Below are positions 59,749 to 64,000 of a DNA stretch of 64,000 bases, one piece after another. The DNA is taken from assembly GCA_905480225.1 (NCBI GenBank), contig CAJQPO010000036.1, forward strand, positions 4,423-68,422, written 5' to 3'. The stretch comes from an uncultured Flavobacteriales bacterium. Lineage in GTDB: Bacteria; Bacteroidota; Bacteroidia; Flavobacteriales_D; Parvicellaceae. Within the stretch, counting starts at the first letter, position 1. Each line of letters starts with the position of its first letter. The notes under the pieces are model-generated. The model did no database searches and had not been told where the DNA came from. It saw nothing but the letters and a program-made list of their open reading frames with translations. The position numbers were made by a program, and so were the translations under genes.

Positions 59749-60969
59749 ATGGATAGGAATAAATCTCATGCTATTATTGTTGGTGCAGGGCCAGCAGGTA
59801 TGATTATGGCATGGCTTCTTGTTCGAAATAACATCCAGGTTACAATAATTGAACGGCATCCTGATTTTTCACGAGAATTTAGAGGAGAAGGAATTCAAGC
59901 TTCTGTAATGAAGCACCTCGAAGAACTGGGTTTAATGGGTCCCATTATGGATTTAAAAATGGGAGTTCCGGCTGAAGCAGCTCGAGTATTCTTTAATGAA
60001 AAGCCAGTTGCTGTATTAAAAGGGATAGATCCGAATTCTGATTTTGGACTCGTACTTCATCAAGAAAAATTTTTACAGTATTTGCATCAAGAGCTTTCAA
60101 AGAGTTCTTTGTACCAATCCTATTTGGGGCATACCGCAATCGATTTTGTTGAGAATAATCATGGTGTTTCAAGCATAACTTTAAGAGACAAAGAAAGAAG
60201 AGAAAAACAGCTATTGGGAGATGTAATTTTCGTAACAACCGGTCGAGGAACTGCACTGCGAAGGAAACTTAATCTAAAAGCAACCCAGGTGGCCACACAC
60301 TGGAACATACTTTGGATTTTATTGCCTAGGCCTAAACAAGATGATTTAATACCTAAAGGCTTCAGGGCTTATTTAAATGGTGATAATCTTTTTATTCTTT
60401 ATACCAATTCCGACGGCTTAATTCAGATGGCATGGGGCAGAAAAGAAGAAAATAAACTTCGAGAAAAAGATTTTGAAAAAAGGAAAGCCACCTTATTGTC
60501 AGAAATCCCTTCTAACTATCAAACTTTGGTAAAAGAAGGCTATCAAGAAACGAGTCGATCACAATTTTTAAAAGTCGAATGTGACCGCTTATCAAGCTGG
60601 CATTATAAGAATGTTCTTTTTCTTGGAGATGCAGCGCACACGATGTCTCCTGTAGCTGGTCAAGGTATCAATTTAGCCATTAGAGATAGTATTGTTGCTG
60701 CCAATCACTGTATTCCATTTTTAAAAGAAAATCGATCCCTACCAGCTGAAACATTTATCGCTATACAAAATGAAAGAATAAAGGAAATCAAGATTATGCA
60801 ACGATTTCAACAAAAATTCGGCTACTTTATGTTAGGAGCACCTAAATGGCAGAGTAAAATTTTCTTTTTCCTTATTTTACCTGTTTTGAAAAAAATTGGT
60901 CTGCAAAAAAAGATATTGAAAATGGTTCAAGGTGGGGTTTCAAAAGTATCCATTAAACACCTACAATAA
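59749..60969 (+). CDS. FAD-dependent monooxygenase (UbiH/aromatic-ring hydroxylase-like)
   Basis: GxGxxG motif IVGAGPAGMIMAWLL and the FAD/substrate motif LGDAAHTMSPVAGQGINLAIRD. Confidence 0.8.
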   Translation: MDRNKSHAIIVGAGPAGMIMAWLLVRNNIQVTIIERHPDFSREFRGEGIQASVMKHLEELGLMGPIMDLKMGVPAEAARVFFNEKPVAVLKGIDPNSDFGLVLHQEKFLQYLHQELSKSSLYQSYLGHTAIDFVENNHGVSSITLRDKERREKQLLGDVIFVTTGRGTALRRKLNLKATQVATHWNILWILLPRPKQDDLIPKGFRAYLNGDNLFILYTNSDGLIQMAWGRKEENKLREKDFEKRKATLLSEIPSNYQTLVKEGYQETSRSQFLKVECDRLSSWHYKNVLFLGDAAHTMSPVAGQGINLAIRDSIVAANHCIPFLKENRSLPAETFIAIQNERIKEIKIMQRFQQKFGYFMLGAPKWQSKIFFFLILPVLKKIGLQKKILKMVQGGVSKVSIKHLQ

Positions 60970-61050
60970 ATCGCTAGAATTAGCACAATAGTATTTAAGG
61001 ACGACTTTTGCGTCATTAAATTTTAATCTACGTCAAAGAGACTATTGCAC

Positions 61051-61305
61051 TTACTCCTCTCCTTCAAAAGAATGCGTTTCCAAGGCATCCAAGCTAGGTT
61101 CAGGTTTAATCCGCGCAATAGACTGCATTGGAACCAAGAACTTGTTGTCATCCTTTAGAAAAATAACCCCATCTACAATTTCCCCACTTTTGGGAAAAGT
61201 CGTCCGCTCCAATTCTCCTTCTTTCAATAAGTTCATCATTTCAATTTGAAAGTCTCCAGGTAAATCATAATAATTACGGATAAGATTTCTCACTTTAAAA
61301 TTCAA
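61051..61305 (-). CDS. Small hypothetical protein (84 aa)
   Basis: Isolated ORF with balanced composition and an acidic C-terminus. No motif recognised. Confidence 0.4.
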   Translation of the reverse strand: MNFKVRNLIRNYYDLPGDFQIEMMNLLKEGELERTTFPKSGEIVDGVIFLKDDNKFLVPMQSIARIKPEPSLDALETHSFEGEE

Positions 61306-61585
61306 TTAATCCATGTATAAATTACAAAATAATTGAATTGAAAATCAGAAGATTACTGATTTTATTTATAAATAAATTAACTGGCCTCTAGTGAATTATG
61401 AGCGATATCAAAAGGTAAGTGCCACATGGATTGCTACTAAAGAATCAGATTCATGCTTGCTCCAATCCCGTTTTATTAAGGAGCCTAAATCAATGGCATC
61501 CATGTGAAAATCATCAATAGATTCATTAAAAAAGGCCCCTAATGGAAATTATTCTAAAAACAAAAATATATCTCTATGAAACCGC

Positions 61586-61795
61586 TCAATGCCCGTGGCA
61601 ATGCACAGTTCTAATCGTTCCATTATCATTGTATCCGCTAGCTTCTATCGCCTCCAGTTCATCATCACAGTATTCGCCAAGTTCGACTTCGGCACCAGCT
61701 GCATCATCATAATGACAATCGTGACATTCTGATTTTTTGCACGAAAAAAGTGAAATGAGACAAAAAGATAGGGTTGTTATAAATAGTGCTTTCAT
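61586..61795 (-). CDS. Cys/His-rich mini-lipoprotein (69 aa precursor, ~50 aa mature)
   Basis: Signal peptide plus lipobox (LISLFSC). The mature part has 4 further Cys and 5 His (CHDCH ... YC ... HCHGH). The start lies 4 nt after the TonB-dependent receptor stop. Confidence 0.6.
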   Translation of the reverse strand: MKALFITTLSFCLISLFSCKKSECHDCHYDDAAGAEVELGEYCDDELEAIEASGYNDNGTIRTVHCHGH

Positions 61796-61799
61796 TTGT

Positions 61800-64000
61800 T
61801 TAGTTGTTTAGTTGTTTAGTTGTTAAATTAAATTTTAGTTGCACGAATAAATTTCGACCAGGATGATACATCCCTATGTTTTTCAACCTTGATAAATGGT
61901 CTATATATTGCTCATTAAGAAGGTTTCTTATGCCACATGAAAAATTAATTCGTGATTTATAATTGAAGTTTGCAGCAATGTTAAATAATTGATATGCGCT
62001 AGACCGGGATTCTAAAGAAGCAACACGATCCTGAGCTAATAAATACTGATGCTGTACAATTACGTTTTCTAACCGAAAAGAGTTTTCACTATTAAATTCG
62101 AATTTCAAAGAGGAATTAGCACGAGGTTGAGGAATTAAACCTAAAGGTTGGCCATCCAAAGCTTCTCCAAATACAATTGAGAAACTAGACTCTAAATGGA
62201 TAAAATGAGCAAAATGCGGATGGTAATGAAACCCCACATCAACACCACTCATAATGACTCGATCTACTTGATTGTATTTAAAGCCTGGAAGGCCTTCAAT
62301 CAATGTATCCATGGCCTCTACTGCGATATAATCTTGGAGAAAATTTACAAACGGATTTAAAACGAAATTAATATGCTCAGCCTTGTATTCCAAGTAGGTA
62401 TCTAATTGATTCGCCTTTTCTGAAACTAGATTTTCGTTTCCTATCTCATACCTCAGTGCACCGTGATGTATCCCATCTGAAAGCAATTCAGACGAATGCG
62501 GTGCTCTGAAACCTGTCGACAAATTCGTTTTAAATGTAAATTTCTTTCCGAATTTTGCCACGCCAAAAGAATAATTTATACTTTGATAAGTATTAGAGAA
62601 TACAGATTCGGATGAATCAAATGCGGCTAAAATTCTCGAATCCCATCTTAAACCAGATTCTATCTTCCATGTTCCGAATTGTCCATTAATTAATCCATAA
62701 ATTCCATTATCAAAAACATTAGCATTCGGAATGAGCGATTCTTCCGCTTTCTCTGAATTTCGATTAGATTGCGCCATTCCCTGAGCTCCAATGGTCCACT
62801 TCCATTTTTTATCCGAAGAACGATTGAATCGAATGTTGTAAGTTGTTGAATTCAGGTTCATCTGCAGAGCAGGTTTGGTAAACTTCTCTTCGAATTCTGT
62901 TAGTAGATTCCGCGTATGACCCAGTAATATTTCAAGCTTTCCGTAATCAAAATAAAACTTGTTTTCCCACAGCAAATAGTGATTTTGATTTTCTTGAGCC
63001 GGTAAATTGTTCTCTCTACCTTGTGTGGTAATCTGAAATTCCGCTGGAATTATTGTTTCATCATGGGTATGTCCTGGAATTCCTAATCGATTTTGAAGAA
63101 AATTATAGCGCAGATTAGTTACCCACTTTCCCTTATTTATTCCTAGCGAAAGTTTTGCATTTTTTCCTTTGAATCTTGACTCTGCGCCAAAAAGACCACT
63201 CGGTAGTTTATAGTCAGCATGATTAATATGATTGGCGTATAAATTGAATCGAATATTTGCGTTAGACCATTTTATACTGGCATAACTTTTAGTTCCCATC
63301 GATACCGACTCGAATCGTGAACCCAATTCGGCAGCAATTGTGTTGACCTTGGTATACGCCTCATCTACAAAATAAATTACACCCCCTAACGCATCAGAAC
63401 CATACAATAGAGACGCAGGACCCTTTATTATTTCTACTCGACCAATACCTAAATCTGTTAGGCCTAATCCGTGGTCGGCACCCCATTGTTGGTTTTCAAT
63501 TCTTAAACCATTCATATAGGTAATTACTCGGTTTAAACCAAGACCTCTAATAACAGGCTTACTGATCCCTGCACCAGTACTGTTTTGATAAACCCCAGGT
63601 ATATTGGCTATTAGGTCACCAAGAGAATTAGACGTTAAGAGCTTTAAGTCTTCTAAGCTTCTTGACTCAATGTTGGCAATTGTTTTTGCACTTAAAGAGT
63701 TTCTGAACCCGGAAACTATTATTTCCTCAAACTCCAGGTGACTCTCTTCCAGAAAAATCTCTAAGCTCGCTGGGTTATTTTCTTCAAGCACTAATTGCAC
63801 ACTTTCATAACCGACAGCCGAAACAATGAGAGAAAATCTACTCGGAACATTTATGTTCAGTCGAAAAACTCCCGCCGAGTCACATTCAATTAGCACGTTC
63901 AAATCCACAATGCTAATCGAAGCATAAGGTATGGGTTCCTTCGAATTTTTGTCTTTCACAACACCAGCAAATTCTGCGAGAAATGCCCATTTGGAAATAA
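61800..64000 (-). CDS. TonB-dependent receptor with N-terminal CarboxypepD_reg-like domain; 5' end lies beyond the window
   Basis: The frame stays open to nt 63998 (ISKWAFLAEFAGVVKDKNSKEPIPYASISI...), so the GTG at 63959 is not the start. It has a plug-domain motif (VEIIKGPASLLYGSDALGGVIY) and a long beta-barrel. Confidence 0.85.
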   Translation of the reverse strand, partial: ISKWAFLAEFAGVVKDKNSKEPIPYASISIVDLNVLIECDSAGVFRLNINVPSRFSLIVSAVGYESVQLVLEENNPASLEIFLEESHLEFEEIIVSGFRNSLSAKTIANIESRSLEDLKLLTSNSLGDLIANIPGVYQNSTGAGISKPVIRGLGLNRVITYMNGLRIENQQWGADHGLGLTDLGIGRVEIIKGPASLLYGSDALGGVIYFVDEAYTKVNTIAAELGSRFESVSMGTKSYASIKWSNANIRFNLYANHINHADYKLPSGLFGAESRFKGKNAKLSLGINKGKWVTNLRYNFLQNRLGIPGHTHDETIIPAEFQITTQGRENNLPAQENQNHYLLWENKFYFDYGKLEILLGHTRNLLTEFEEKFTKPALQMNLNSTTYNIRFNRSSDKKWKWTIGAQGMAQSNRNSEKAEESLIPNANVFDNGIYGLINGQFGTWKIESGLRWDSRILAAFDSSESVFSNTYQSINYSFGVAKFGKKFTFKTNLSTGFRAPHSSELLSDGIHHGALRYEIGNENLVSEKANQLDTYLEYKAEHINFVLNPFVNFLQDYIAVEAMDTLIEGLPGFKYNQVDRVIMSGVDVGFHYHPHFAHFIHLESSFSIVFGEALDGQPLGLIPQPRANSSLKFEFNSENSFRLENVIVQHQYLLAQDRVASLESRSSAYQLFNIAANFNYKSRINFSCGIRNLLNEQYIDHLSRLKNIGMYHPGRNLFVQLKFNLTTKQLNN

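Noticed and set aside
61586-61795. Calling the mini-lipoprotein a c-type cytochrome because of CHDCH
   Set aside because: A single CXXCH in a 50-residue acidic peptide that also ends in HCHGH is equally compatible with Zn, Cu or Ni binding or with disulfides. This is kept as a hypothesis in the finding, not as an annotation.
61797-61823. Tandem 8-mer (TTTAGTTG x3) at the receptor/lipoprotein junction
   Set aside because: It is only three short units. It encodes the last residues (TTKQLNN) of the receptor and is AT-rich. There is no evidence of a function beyond coding sequence, though it could be slippage-prone.
1-64000. Search for CRISPR arrays, IS elements, integrases, prophage or defence islands, tRNA/rRNA genes
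   Set aside because: I found no regularly spaced direct repeats, no transposase-, integrase- or nuclease-like ORFs, and no cloverleaf-like segments in any intergenic gap. The gene content is housekeeping plus cell-surface proteins.

Overview
This window looks like a chromosomal core segment of an AT-rich member of Bacteroidota, probably Flavobacteriales-like. The taxonomic call rests on type A and type B T9SS C-terminal sorting domains, a PorP/SprF gene, SprB-type repeats and an alternative complex III operon.

Gene content from left to right:
- an ASST-like T9SS cargo protein (5' end cut by the window edge), an outer-membrane beta-barrel protein, queG and ruvB;
- a long minus-strand respiratory operon, actABCDEF (alternative complex III) followed by cytochrome oxidase subunits II and I;
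- a SPOR protein, then rimP-nusA-infB;
- a MORN/YwqK-repeat protein and a GH3-like/serine-hydrolase fusion;
- a small accessory-looking block: a standalone GATase-like pseudoenzyme, and a tightly packed string of BNR-repeat protein, half-asparaginase, serine-racemase-like PLP enzyme, SDR and SRPBCC protein;
- hemB, a VF530/DUF2132 protein and a 935-aa T9SS cargo protein;
- an ilvE-ilvD-ilvB-ilvN-ilvC-ilvA operon;
- a 1620-aa type-B-CTD adhesin with PorP/SprF-like and PorE-like (OmpA) partners;
- oligopeptidase B and an FAD monooxygenase;
- a TonB-dependent receptor that runs off the 3' edge, coupled to a tiny Cys/His-rich lipoprotein.

I see no rRNA or tRNA genes, CRISPR arrays, transposases, integrases or recognisable defence genes. 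Nothing here convinces me of a wholly new multi-gene system.

The observations most worth a second look are:
- a single in-frame amber codon that splits ilvD;
- a candidate Ile/Val leader-peptide attenuator in front of ilvE;
- the Cys/His mini-lipoprotein coupled to the TonB-dependent receptor;
- the triad-less GATase-like protein;
- the half-asparaginase/PLP-enzyme module;
- a His-rich insert in ActF;
- the cargo-dedicated PorP/PorE-like pair.

All assignments were made by eye from motifs in the supplied translations and the DNA. No searches or computations were run.
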